A stretch of 64,000 bases of DNA. Origin: an uncultured virus (IMG/VR IMGVR_UViG_3300045020_000075) (taxonomy: Duplodnaviria > Heunggongvirae > Uroviricota > Caudoviricetes). The notes under the pieces were generated by a model. That model saw nothing but the letters and a program-made list of their open reading frames with translations. It did not search any database and was not told the DNA's origin. The position numbers and the translations under genes are program-made. The stretch is taken from the IMG/VR virus record IMGVR_UViG_3300045020_000075. One strand, written 5' to 3'. Of the stretch, positions 48,569-59,810 are shown piece after piece (the first letter of the stretch is position 1; every line of letters begins with the position of its first letter).

Positions 48569-48700
48569 GAGGTTCTCCTTTGCGGGCACGGCGGATGAGT
48601 TCTTCGAGCAGAAGCAGGTTGGGATTACTGAACCAGATGGCGCCCTGCTGGTGCACGAGGGTGCAGAGTTCGTCGAGCGGCATGTTCTCGTGGGGGTAGA

Positions 48701-50575
48701 TCACGCGTACCTCTCGGACAGCTCACCTTCACAGTCGAGTGGAATCTCAGGAAGCCACACCGGCGGTCGTCGCATCTCGGTTTTGCACTTTTCCAGATGC
48801 TCGTGCTCGTGACCATCCTTCGGGATCAGCAGCAGTAGCTCATCGTACGGCACGTTAAGAGTACGGTAGCCCATCCGGGCGAGCCGCACCATTACGTCGG
48901 ACACGAAATTCCAGGCGAGGGACTGGATCAAATGCTCGACAAATTTCGCGCCATACATCTTTTCCCAACCTTTTCGCGTTTTCACACGCCAGTACGACTC
49001 GCCTTTCTCATTATCCTTGTAATGCTCAAGAGTGTCGTACACAAGCGGGCATCCGTTGGGAAGCCACAGGCGTCGATCTTTGATCAGCGCCGGCCCCCAC
49101 GCGAGCGGGTCGCCGCCCGCCAGACGCGCGAGCATGCGCCCGCCCTGCTTCCACAGGTCGACCACGGCCGGATGCGTGTCGCGGTAGGCGTCGCGCGCGC
49201 GCAAACCTTCCTCGGGTCCAATGATGATGCCGGCCTTGGTGCGCAGCGTGGCGCGTATCTTCTCGCCTCCCGAGCCATACCCGCACTGCAATTCTACGGT
49301 TTTTCCGAGTTGATATTCGGTTGGATGAGTGCTCTTGGTGATCGGGTATCCATAGAATTGTTCGGCGACCCGGATGTAAGGACTCTTTTTGTTGCGAAAC
49401 AAGTCGATCACATCGTGCTGGCCGGCGATCATGTTGAGAAACCGGCATTCGAGCTGGCTGCAGTCGATTGGTGCCAGCAGATAGCCAGGCGGCGCGCAGA
49501 TCGCTTCCTTGACGGTGGTGCCGCCTTTCTCGGGAGGCATGTCGGGATCAGCCTTCTTAAAGTTGAGGAAGTTCGAACGATCACCGCCGCTCGGGCGTGT
49601 CGTTTTGGCGCCATAGGCGCGCAGGTAAACGCACAGCGGTCCGCGCCGCGTCATCCACCCGAGCGTCTCGGCGCGCGTCTGCAGGATCGTGCTCTTGACG
49701 CCAAGCCGCGCCTCCGCGAGCGCTCGCACCACCTCGTCCTCGTCTTCCAAAAGGTCTTCCATGAACGGATCGGTCTTGGCGAACGCGTAGATGTCGCCAT
49801 TCTTGCCGTCCTTCGTCGCCGGCTCGACACCTTGCTCGCGCAAAAGCGCCGCGAAACGGTCGGCAGACTGGAGGTCGGACGCCGTGATGCCGAGCTGCTG
49901 CAGCAGGTCGTGCTTGCGCGTCGCCTCGTTGTTCCAGATGGACACGAACTTGTCGAGGTCGCCGACCAGACGTGGCTCGACAAACATGCGCAGCATTTGA
50001 TCAACCACCTCGTACTGCGACGACGGAAAGCCAATCTCGCGCAGCCTACCGAAGATGGTCCAGACACTTTCGACTTCATCGGCGCAACCATCGGCCAACA
50101 GTTCTTGCTCGTGTGACGTGAGGTCTTGCCATCTTTTATTTTTAAAAAGTTCATATGGCGTGCGTTTTTTCGGCATACCGAAATGTTCGCGCACGGCTTC
50201 AAGACCGACACCCAGATGATTACCTAAGAGAAGGCGCGAGCACGCGAGCGTGCAGCCGAGCATGCGCGGATGCACATCATAGTGGTGCGACAGCACGAGA
50301 CCGTCGAAGTGCATGTGATGAGCGATCAACCACACATCCGACCAGTCTTCGTTTTTGAGAACGTAACGCAGTTCGGCTTCGGGATACCAACGCGCGGGAA
50401 TATTCGCCTGCCATTTAATCGCAGCACCGTGTGCTTGGAACCACGGATGACGGACATAGTCTTCAGTGTTGCAGCCTGGGCCTCCACGCTGCGCGAATCG
50501 GTACGGAATCCCGCGCTCGTCCTTTTGATCAGTGAACAGCGACTCGAAGTCAATAACTACTGGACGGAGTGTCAC
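48701..50575 (-). CDS. Family A DNA polymerase with 3'-5' exonuclease
   Basis: IDFES (Exo I), HFDG (Exo II), DCSQLECR (motif A), GKTVELQCGYG (motif B), PYDE (motif C). Confidence 0.9.
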   Translation of the reverse strand: MTLRPVVIDFESLFTDQKDERGIPYRFAQRGGPGCNTEDYVRHPWFQAHGAAIKWQANIPARWYPEAELRYVLKNEDWSDVWLIAHHMHFDGLVLSHHYDVHPRMLGCTLACSRLLLGNHLGVGLEAVREHFGMPKKRTPYELFKNKRWQDLTSHEQELLADGCADEVESVWTIFGRLREIGFPSSQYEVVDQMLRMFVEPRLVGDLDKFVSIWNNEATRKHDLLQQLGITASDLQSADRFAALLREQGVEPATKDGKNGDIYAFAKTDPFMEDLLEDEDEVVRALAEARLGVKSTILQTRAETLGWMTRRGPLCVYLRAYGAKTTRPSGGDRSNFLNFKKADPDMPPEKGGTTVKEAICAPPGYLLAPIDCSQLECRFLNMIAGQHDVIDLFRNKKSPYIRVAEQFYGYPITKSTHPTEYQLGKTVELQCGYGSGGEKIRATLRTKAGIIIGPEEGLRARDAYRDTHPAVVDLWKQGGRMLARLAGGDPLAWGPALIKDRRLWLPNGCPLVYDTLEHYKDNEKGESYWRVKTRKGWEKMYGAKFVEHLIQSLAWNFVSDVMVRLARMGYRTLNVPYDELLLLIPKDGHEHEHLEKCKTEMRRPPVWLPEIPLDCEGELSERYA

Positions 50576-50940
50576 GACCGCACCTTCGCGTACACGTACT
50601 CACCGGTCGAGTAATCTCCGTCCGACAAGCGGCCCCAGTTGCGCGCCTTGATCTCGTAGCCGGCCGGGCGCAGCTTCTTGTTGATGTTGTACACGTGCAC
50701 GTGGATGCACTTGTGGGCGGTCTGCGGTCCGCCGTCCGGGTGGTCGGCGTAGAGCATGTCGGCAATGTCTGCCGTCGTGATGCCGTTGTCGCCGGCCCGC
50801 TGCACGATCTCGAACAGGCGCGTGCGCAGCGGCGAGAGCCGCAGTCCGTGCGGGCGGGGACGCGGCAGCGTCTGCCCGCAGGTCGGACAGGTCTTGTCGT
50901 GGCCGTTGGCGACGCGGCGGACGCGCAGGCGGGGGGTCAT
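50572..50940 (-). CDS. Zn-finger plus winged-helix regulator
   Basis: CPTCGQ; IADMLYADHPDGGP..IHVHVYNINKKL. Confidence 0.75.
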   Translation of the reverse strand: MTPRLRVRRVANGHDKTCPTCGQTLPRPRPHGLRLSPLRTRLFEIVQRAGDNGITTADIADMLYADHPDGGPQTAHKCIHVHVYNINKKLRPAGYEIKARNWGRLSDGDYSTGEYVYAKVRS

Positions 50941-51122
50941 GAGCTGCGTCGCTTGAGTTGTCGAAGCTCGGCCGCACATTTCTTTTCTAGCCCGACTTGT
51001 TTAACATACAAATCGTGAGCGCAAACCTGCCACGCGCGATATGCGCACGCCTCGACGGCCTCGTTCCATCCGCGCCAATAGATTTCCAACTCGTGTTGCG
51101 ATCCGATCTCAGAACTGGTCAT
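50937..51122 (-). CDS. Hypothetical protein
   Basis: ATGA overlap with the next gene. Confidence 0.5.
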   Translation of the reverse strand: MTSSEIGSQHELEIYWRGWNEAVEACAYRAWQVCAHDLYVKQVGLEKKCAAELRQLKRRSS

Positions 51123-51125
51123 GCG

Positions 51126-51383
51126 TCACCAATCAAATGTCTTGCCGGTGCGAAGCTGCTGGTCGATTGCAGCACAAGCGAGCCGATAGCGTAGCATAAC
51201 CCATGCTTTGTGCTTGCGATCTTTTGCACGACCACCCTTGGCGTTGCGGTTGGGCGGCGTCAGACCCTTCTCGAACCAAAAAATGGCCTCGACCGAGTAG
51301 CCGGTCAACTCGGCCAGCTCGCGGGTCGAGAGGCCGTGCCGGTCGCGCCACTGTCGGGCGCGGTGGTGCTCATTGGATTGCAT
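51126..51383 (-). CDS. XRE/Cro HTH protein
   Basis: RQWRDRHGLSTRELAELTGYSVEAIFWFEKG. Confidence 0.85.
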   Translation of the reverse strand: MQSNEHHRARQWRDRHGLSTRELAELTGYSVEAIFWFEKGLTPPNRNAKGGRAKDRKHKAWVMLRYRLACAAIDQQLRTGKTFDW

Positions 51384-51579
51384 CACCAGCGATCCATCTG
51401 CGACACGAACTCTTTAGGCTGTGGAATCGACAGCCAGTCGCGGATTTCGCACACACATTCGACGAACTCGACATTCCAGCCACGACGACCCTCCCACTCG
51501 GCTATCGCGGCATCGAGATAGGCGAGCGCGACAGACTGGTTGGGGGATTGGCGGAAGGCTGCTTGCGCGTCGGATAGGG

Positions 51580-51583
<4 letters not shown>
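51383..51583 (-). CDS. Hypothetical protein
   Basis: Coupled overlaps. Confidence 0.55.
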
Positions 51584-52422
<839 letters not shown>

Positions 52423-52712
52423 TGTCCATCTCCCGTTTGCCTGACACACTACACATGGCACGCCCGCGATGGCTTGTAAAGAGTAATCTTAGGTCAGGAG
52501 CGTTGACCCAAAGTAGGGAAGGAGTGCTGTCCGTAAAAAAGCGGAATGCGACAATGGCTTGACGTGAGGGGGTCGGCGGAGTGAGACTGGAAGCACAAAA
52601 CCCGCCACGGGGGCGGGTTCTGGCTGCACGGTGAGAGCGCACAAAGGTGGTGTCCGGGCTGGACCCAGACCTTGTGCCATACCTCGCAGCCGAGCGCAAG
52701 AGGCTGCGAGAA
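52423..52712. promoter_or_regulatory. Divergent control region between the leftward arm and the primase
   Basis: TGTAAAGAGTAATCTT box at 52475-52490; hairpin AACCCGCC/GGCGGGTT at 52599-52619. Confidence 0.55.
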
Positions 52713-54995
52713 GTGCCTGATAACTCAAGTATTCTGGAACATGCCAGGCATTACGCGGCGCGTGGATGGCCGATTTTCAGGCTCAACGGTTACAAGACAC
52801 CACTCCGGGACACCCGCGGCCATCTCGACGCCACCACGGACCCAGCCGTGATCGAACAGTGGTGGGGCGGCTGGAAGGGGCGGCGCCTCAACATCGGCCT
52901 TGTGTGCGGCGTGCCGGTGCCGGTCGCGCCCGGCGGGCTTGTTGTGCTCGACTGCGATGGCGCTGGCGGGCTCGTCCAGCTCCGCGCGATGGCCGAGGCG
53001 CATGGCGCGATCGAGCGGACGCTGCCTCTCACGCTCACGGCCAAATCCGCTCGCGGCTGGCACCTCTACTATGCGCGTCCGCTCGACGCCCCGCCGCTCG
53101 CGGTCCTGAACGGCAAGCGCGGCCGCAAAGGCGACGACGGCCTCGACATTAAAGCGGCAGGTTCCTACGTGGTCCTGCCGCCATCCATCAACGCCAAAAA
53201 CGGGTTCCAATACGCCTGGATCAACCCGGTCGAGACGATCGCGACGTTGCCGGCGTGGCTGGTCGAGCACATCGCGACACGCGGCGGGCGAGAAGCTCCA
53301 CGCACGAGCCTAGACCATGCCCCGCAGGCAGCGGCCACGTCTGCAGACCTCGGGTTATCAGACCGTCCCGCGTGGATGGCGGACGGGCCGGCGCTCAACG
53401 ATGGCGCCATGCGGCTCGCACGCGCGATCGAGCTGCCATCCTTCCTCGCCGCGCTCAAGAAGCTCGATGCCGGCATGCCGGAAGAACAGTGGTGGGAGAT
53501 CGGCGCCGGCATCCACGATTTCGATCCAGGTGCAGACGGGCTCGTTATTTTCAAGCGGTGGTCGCGAGAGTCGCCACGGCACCAAGCGGACGAGCATCAG
53601 GCGACGTGCGAGAAGGAGTGGTACAATTATAAAAAGAATAAGCCGGGCAAGAGGTTGATAACAAAAGCTACAATCTATCATCGGGCGAAGCAAATTCCCG
53701 ATCCTGTACCAGAGGAACCTGCGCCAAGTGTCGGATTATTCAACGGAACCGCTAATGGCGCGCACGTACTACCGCACGCCATCTCGGCAGCGCCGATCAA
53801 GACCCAAATCCGGTGGATCGACACCGACGAGGAAGGGAACCCGCGACCGACCTGCGCTAACGCCTCTTTAGCCGTTAGCGGTTTGAATGTATGGTGTTGC
53901 AAGGATTTGTTCCACGAAAAACTATTCGTTGGCGGCCATGCCATTGACAAGTGGGCGGGCGACCTCGGCGACGACGCGGTGCTGATGCTGCGGCGCTTGA
54001 TCAAACGCCACTACTGGTTTGATCCAGGCGAGAAAAACACGCGCGATGCCGCGGTGCAGCTCTGTCTCGAAAACTCGTTCAATCCGGTAGTCGACTATCT
54101 GGCGCGCCTCACGTGGGACGGACGCGAGCGTATTGGGCGGTGGGTCGTCACCTACCTTGGGGTCCCAGAGACGCCGCTGGCGCGCGCGATCGGACGCCTC
54201 ATGCTGGTGGCGGCCGTGCGCCGCGCGCGCCGGCCGGGCGTGAAATTCGACCAGATCATCGTCCTTGAAGGGCCGGAAGGCACCGGCAAGTCGTCGGCGC
54301 TGCGCATCCTCGCGGGCGACGACAATTTTAGCGACCAGGCGGTGCTCGGCGTCTCGGACAAAGAGCAGCAAGAGGCCATCATGGGGGTGTGGATACACGA
54401 GATCGCGGAACTGGCCGGCATGCGTCGCACCGAGGTCGAGCGCATCAAGGCGTTCGCGTCGCGCACCGAGGATCGCGCCAGGCCCGCATACGGGCGTTTC
54501 CGGGTTGACGTGCGGCGCCGCGGCATCTTCGTCGCCACCACCAATGCGGATGCGTACCTGAAATCCGACACGGGCGATCGTCGGTTCTGGCCGCTCGCAA
54601 CCACCACCATTGACTTGGAAGGAATCGAGCGCGACCGGGATCAGCTCTGGGCGGAAGCGGCTACGTGTGAGGCGCGAGGCGACTCGCTGGTGCTCGATCG
54701 CAAGCTATGGAGCGAGGCGCGCGAGGCGCAACGCGCAAGGCAAGAAGTTGACCCGTGGTATGATACGATCCGCGCGCACATTGAGACAAAGAAAGTAGAG
54801 GATACATCGATTTCCGAGGTTCTTGAAGGTATCCTGCGGATGGAGCCGCGCGAATATGGGCAAACCGAACAGAATAGAGCCGCGCGGGTCCTGCTACATC
54901 TTGGTTTTACGCGTTATAGGAAACGCGATGGCGATGGCTTGAGTTGGCGCTATAAGCCCCGCGATGCGGGAACACAAGGAACAGTGGGAACGTAA
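52713..54995 (+). CDS. Bifunctional primase-polymerase + PriCT-2 + VapE-type helicase
   Basis: GWPIF, ATTD..W, NIG, VLDCD, GWHLYY, GSYVVLPPS; EGPEGTGKS, IHEIAEL, RPAYGR, TGDRRFWP. Confidence 0.9.
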   Translation: MPDNSSILEHARHYAARGWPIFRLNGYKTPLRDTRGHLDATTDPAVIEQWWGGWKGRRLNIGLVCGVPVPVAPGGLVVLDCDGAGGLVQLRAMAEAHGAIERTLPLTLTAKSARGWHLYYARPLDAPPLAVLNGKRGRKGDDGLDIKAAGSYVVLPPSINAKNGFQYAWINPVETIATLPAWLVEHIATRGGREAPRTSLDHAPQAAATSADLGLSDRPAWMADGPALNDGAMRLARAIELPSFLAALKKLDAGMPEEQWWEIGAGIHDFDPGADGLVIFKRWSRESPRHQADEHQATCEKEWYNYKKNKPGKRLITKATIYHRAKQIPDPVPEEPAPSVGLFNGTANGAHVLPHAISAAPIKTQIRWIDTDEEGNPRPTCANASLAVSGLNVWCCKDLFHEKLFVGGHAIDKWAGDLGDDAVLMLRRLIKRHYWFDPGEKNTRDAAVQLCLENSFNPVVDYLARLTWDGRERIGRWVVTYLGVPETPLARAIGRLMLVAAVRRARRPGVKFDQIIVLEGPEGTGKSSALRILAGDDNFSDQAVLGVSDKEQQEAIMGVWIHEIAELAGMRRTEVERIKAFASRTEDRARPAYGRFRVDVRRRGIFVATTNADAYLKSDTGDRRFWPLATTTIDLEGIERDRDQLWAEAATCEARGDSLVLDRKLWSEAREAQRARQEVDPWYDTIRAHIETKKVEDTSISEVLEGILRMEPREYGQTEQNRAARVLLHLGFTRYRKRDGDGLSWRYKPRDAGTQGTVGT

Positions 54996-55150
54996 TTCAC
55001 CAATGTTACCATGGTGGTGCCTACTGTTCCCACTGTTCCTAGAGCTTCCATAGCTTGTGGTAGACATGGTGTGACATTTAGTCACACCTACTCTGGGAGA
55101 GTCATAGGAATCCGGTGGAACAACGAGGAACAAGGAACAACTGGGAACGG
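54968..55150. repeat. GGAAC(A) iteron-like cluster with 15-bp inverted repeat; candidate replication origin
   Basis: AGGAACAGTGGGAAC (54977-54991) / GTTCCCACTGTTCCT (55026-55040); further GGAAC copies at 55117-55148. Confidence 0.6.
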
Positions 55151-55170
55151 TGCCATCCGCGCGATAGGGC

Positions 55171-55245
55171 TTGACAACCCCATCCTGTAAAGAGTAATCT
55201 TCCAACCGTGTCGCGCGTCGCGACCGCAACAGAGGGGTAAAGGAC
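55171..55245 (+). promoter_or_regulatory. Early promoter 1 and leader
   Basis: TTGACA-18-TAATCT; GTAAAGAGTA box; AGGGGTAA before ATG. Confidence 0.75.
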
Positions 55246-57659
55246 ATGACGCGAGATCGGGAGACCGTGCAGGACGTGTTTCGGAATAATGTGCTTCGCG
55301 CGTTGGATCAATCCGTCGATGAGTGTTTTGGTTCTGTCGGTCGGAACGATCGTGGTGCGGCGGATGTCGACTTGCCGCGACTTTTCGAGGCTTTGGATAC
55401 ACAAATCGATGTCGTGTGCAAACGTTTCAACATCACACTGGTAGATTAGCCATGATCGAGTACCGCGTGCGACGCGCCAAGCCCGTCAACGGTCTTCCGA
55501 GCTGGCATGGCCTCTATCGCCTAGATGCGCGCGGCGCTTGGATCACGGCCAAGAGCCAGTACGGCGCGATCGAGTATATGAGCGCCGACCACGCGCTGGC
55601 GGGCGCGATGTTCTGTGCGCTCGTGGCGCGATCGGGCTTGACACGCTAACCAGTAGAGAGTACAAACAATCCGACCCGCCCACAACGGGCGTGGCGAACC
55701 GAAGGGGTAAGGACGATGACAAAGCGCAGGCTGACGTGTTGCGTGTGTGTCGCCGATGCGGGTCGCTGGCAACAACACTGGAATCGCGACACGGGTTATG
55801 GCGTGTGTGCGAAATGCGTCGAGTGGGTTCGGTCGCGCGGCGAGACCGAGCAAGAGATTGCGAGCAACTACGGCAAAGAGGGCGTGAATTGGGGGGCGCA
55901 GTCATGATCGCGTACAGCAACCCGCGCCTCAACGCGATAATCGACAACTGGCCGCATGGCGCACAGCGCGTAACGGCTATTTTTTCGATCGAACGCGATC
56001 CCCGGCGCGGCGAGCGCGCGACGCGCACTACGACGGGCGCAACCAAGAAACTCACGTTCGCGCGCAAAATGCGGATTGTCGACGGCGACGACGGGCGCAC
56101 GTACATCGCGGCGTTGACCGGCTACGGACATATCACGATCCACCGTGGCGATATGAAATTCCATCACGAGACGGTTTTCGAGCGCGAAGCGCGTTACCCT
56201 GAATTGCTCGCGCTTTTCGAGCTGGTGGAGGGTTGAGTCATGCGCAGCCATCCGGTTTTCGTTCTTGAGGTCTATTTTTCGGAGATGAAGAAAATTCCGA
56301 AAGATAAGCTGATGGACATGGTGTGGGACATGGCGAAACAGCTCACGCCACCCGATGACGACGGACATGCGGCGCCCGATTCGGATGTGATCGGTATCGT
56401 GCGCCACACGTTGACGGTCGTGAAGGTGTACCGCCAAGAGTGATTTACCCCCAACTAGACCCGTCGCAAATGGCGGGTCACTTTTTCGGGAGAGGGAAAT
56501 GCAGGACCAACTTTCGGCGCGCGATCTGGCGAAGTACGGCTTGCGGCGTGGCGCCTACGATGGCGCGAATAAACGTCGGTTCGTGTTGTTTTGTGCAAGC
56601 CGGTTCGGAACCGGGATCGAGGAACGGCGCGAGTATGACACAAAGCGCGAGCGTGACGCGGCGGCAATTGCCGAGCTCGAAAGTCGGAAGCGATTTTCGA
56701 TGCGCCTTGCCGACACGTCCGCCACCTAGGCGCTTGACAACCCGCTCCGTAGGGAGTACATAGGACACAACGGCAATCGGGCTGGGTCAGAAGGGGTAAG
56801 CAAATGACAAACCTTGAAGGCATGACGCAAGCGAGGTGGGATAAACTCACGCTTGCCGAGAAAGTGCTCGCGCGCGACAATTCCGACCTCTCACCACAAC
56901 TTATCGGCTTGGAAGGATGGCGCGTGGAAGTGTGCGACGAGGCTGGCAATTTCCGGCGCTTCATTGTCGGCAAGTCGACCGGCTGGCGTCCGTGTCACCT
57001 GGAAGTGAAGACAAAGCGCAGTCTAGGTGGTGACTGTGCCTGCAAGTCCTATCGGTCCGTGTATCGTATCGAACGGGTGCGTTGAAATTTCGTTGTGGAT
57101 AACTCTAACCGGAAGGGGGAAGACCGTGGGCGAATTGAAAATCACACGCGGGCTTGCGGAAACGCGGTGTCGCAAGCGATGGAAAGAGCAAGCGGATCAG
57201 TATCCGATAATGGCAAACGAATTGTCGTGTGCCAAGTATGTCGCGGCGAATTGGCGCCACGTCGCGGAAAACGACTTGCTGGCGAGCTATGATCGATTGC
57301 CGAATTATCATCCTGCCGAGTGATTCGCGCCGTGCGCTATGCGGAAGGCCGGCTTAGTTGCCGGCCTCTTTTTGTTGTTGACACGGGTAGTGGTAGGGAG
57401 TACAAAGAGGGAGGTGGAACGCAAACATAGGGGTAAGGCGATGTTCGACGCAGATATTCGACGTAATTGGGGATGGTATGCTGGGACGCGAGCGCGTGCT
57501 ACGGCGCGCCATGAACCATGGGTGAAGTGCAACCAATCGTCCGGCCATCCGTGCGATAAGCCTTACGGCGAAGGCTACTGGGCCGCCTACTGGGGTTCGG
57601 AGTCGCCGTCCAAATACGATCCACATACCGGTTTGCGGGTGAAGCGCGCTGGCAAGTGA
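55246..57659 (+). CDS. Nine small early genes (55246-55449, 55452-55649, 55716-55907, 55904-56236, 56240-56443, 56499-56729, 56804-57085, 57126-57323, 57441-57659)
   Basis: Each has an SD or a coupled start; organised behind four similar promoters. Confidence 0.65.
55638..55715 (+). promoter_or_regulatory. Early promoter 2 and leader
   Basis: TTGACA-17-TACAAA; GTAGAGAGTA; AGGGGTAAG. Confidence 0.75.
56734..56803 (+). promoter_or_regulatory. Early promoter 3 and leader
   Basis: TTGACA-17-TACATA; GTAGGGAGTA; AGGGGTAAG. Confidence 0.75.
57319..57373 (+). terminator. ~55-bp repeat copy 1 containing an intrinsic terminator
   Basis: AGTGATTCGCGCCGTGCGCTATG...AGGCCGGC-TTAGTT-GCCGGCCT-CTTTTT. Confidence 0.85.
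57378..57440 (+). promoter_or_regulatory. Early promoter 4 and leader
   Basis: TTGACA-17-TACAAA; GTAGGGAGTA; AGGGGTAAG. Confidence 0.75.
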
Positions 57660-57711
57660 TTCGCGCCGTGCGCTATGTGTGAGGCCGGCTTAGTCGCCGG
57701 CCTCTTTTTTT
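57655..57711 (+). terminator. ~55-bp repeat copy 2 containing an intrinsic terminator
   Basis: AGTGATTCGCGCCGTGCGCTATG...AGGCCGGC-TTAGTC-GCCGGCCT-CTTTTTTT. Confidence 0.85.
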
Positions 57712-58055
57712 ATGAGTGCAAGCGCGTGCTGCAGCTCGGCAATGCGGCGTTCGATCGCGGAGGCCAAGAGCTGCCATGCCCATTGGGGGACGCGCCTGCG
57801 ACCGCGGCACCAATCTTTGAGGGTGTGAACGCTGGCGCGGTTGCCTATCAGCTCGGCAAGGCCGCGCACCGCGCCTGGATAGCCGTAGACCGTCCATGGA
57901 AAGAGCGCGTCGCGTGCTCGACCGTATGGACTCTGCCGCTTTGGGATTTGCCGAGGTGCCGCTCGCCGGTTGGCAGTCCAAAGGTGCTTCCCACGTCCGT
58001 CTGCTCGCTTGCGTGCGGGTTCGGGCTGTGTGGCGGTCTGCATCGGGATGCGCAC
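57690..58055 (-). CDS. HTH DNA-binding protein (start uncertain)
   Basis: GLAELIGNRASVHTLKDWCRGRRRVPQWA. Confidence 0.6.
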   Translation of the reverse strand: MRIPMQTATQPEPARKRADGRGKHLWTANRRAAPRQIPKRQSPYGRARDALFPWTVYGYPGAVRGLAELIGNRASVHTLKDWCRGRRRVPQWAWQLLASAIERRIAELQHALALIKKEAGD

Positions 58056-58442
58056 CTACGGCCTCCGCAGGCCCGGCGCGAGGCCATCAGCGCGACGAGC
58101 TCGGCACCAGGCGCCAACCGTCAGCGGCCTCGCTCCGAACACTGTTGCCCAAATGTCGCTATCGGCGTTGTAATGCTGTGAGCGTATCGAGTAATTTCAA
58201 TTACTTAGCTAGGACGCGACACCCGAATACCAGCACGCGGGGTCGGCCGGGCGCCGAGCACGTAGGTATTATCAAATGTGTGTGATTAACGACCTATGAT
58301 GTCATCGCCGTTACTTACCTCTACATAACTACCTATATGCACGCACAATTGAATTGTGTGCAATACGAATGGGTCCTAGGATAGATGATTTTCGGGCACC
58401 CCAACCTATACGCCCCCCGGAAAAATTCTAGAAAAAGTTGTG

Positions 58443-58470
58443 TTGACAACGTAGTTATAAACACTACAAT
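58443..58470 (+). promoter_or_regulatory. Sigma70-type promoter
   Basis: TTGACA-16-TACAAT at the end of an AT-rich ~300-bp intergenic region. Confidence 0.65.
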
Positions 58471-58494
58471 GCTCGGCGCACGGAGCCACCCGCC

Positions 58495-59701
58495 ATGCCC
58501 ACGACCATCCTCGACATCGCCCGCCGCATCGCGTACTTCTTCGCCGAGCGCGGCGTCACCGCCACCCCGCCTCGCGTCACGCTGACGTTCGCCGATGACC
58601 GGATCGCGTACCACGCCTTGTTCGCGATCAAGCAAGAGTTCGAGACCTTGCAGATGTATCCGGCCGAGGGTCTTACGCTTCAAGAGGGCGAGTTCAAAAT
58701 TCATGGCGTTGTGTTCAAGATTGAACCGCTGGAGGGAGACTATAAATGACCAAAAACGAGCCGCTGCTGCCGGTTATCACTGAGATGAAATATGGTTCGC
58801 CGGTCATCCAAATGGTCTTCACGTATCCAGGAAGCTGGAAGAAGAACGCTAAGCTCATCAGCGATTGGCTCGCGCTTGGTTGGACCCTGATTGCTTGCAA
58901 CGAAGACAAATTGTATTTTCAAGACAAGCGAGACCCCAAATGACCCGAGATGAAGCCAAGGCGCTGCGCGCCGAGCGCGATGCGCTTAAGATTGCCCTGG
59001 AAAGGGTTCAAGCCTTGGTGGCACGTCGCACCAAACTGCCAAAGCACGGCCGGTCCATCATCGCGCGGATTTGCAGAGAGCAACTGGGAGACCCCCGATG
59101 ACCCGAGATGAAGCCATCGAGAAAGCGCGTCGCGCACAGCAGCGCCGTATGAATAGTGTAAGGGTTTCGGCGATCGATTGTTTGACGACCGCATACATTC
59201 CGGTCAGTAACCGCGCGTATATTGGCGGCAAGGTGCTTGTTGGGTCAGATGGCGCCGCCGAGATCATCGACATTCTGACCAAGAGCGGCTTCCGCATCAC
59301 GAGGGACCGATGACCCGCCCCCAGCTCACACAGGCGCTCGACGACGCGTTCCGGGCTCGCGTCGGCCTCTTGTTCGCGACCCTGTGCGACAACCTCGGCA
59401 TGACCGGCACGCCGCCCGACGCCGCGCATGCCCGTTTCCTCAACGGCCTCAACGTCGCGATCCGCGCCCACGCGTTCGCGACTGCCAGTTTGCCGGACCC
59501 GTCGTGACTCGCCCGCCGCACCCCTCCTGGGCGTCCCGCCCCATGAACGACACCGAGCGGCGCTGCTACGCCACGATCGAGGCCTACCTCAACCGCCTCG
59601 CGATCCGGGCTCACGCACGCTGGAAGGACGAGACCACCCAGGCTCAGCAGTGGGAAGACGACGGTGGAGCGCCCCGTGGACCCCCTTCGCCCGCACGGTG
59701 A
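58495..59701 (+). CDS. Run of small coupled genes (58495-58749, 58746-58943, 58940-59101, 59098-59313, 59310-59507, ~59504-59701)
   Basis: Consecutive ATGA/GTGA overlaps. Confidence 0.6.
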
Positions 59702-59810
59702 CGTGGCGCTCGCCGCGATCTTCCTCGCCCTCGTGGCCTACGCGATCTGGCGCTTGTGGCGTGCCCCGCCGCCGTGATAGCCTCGTGTCCCGTGAGGGGC
59801 TCGGGGCCGC

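Noticed and set aside
57319..57711. CRISPR-like repeat
   Set aside because: Only two copies, 336 bp apart, enclosing a gene; each is a terminator; no cas genes
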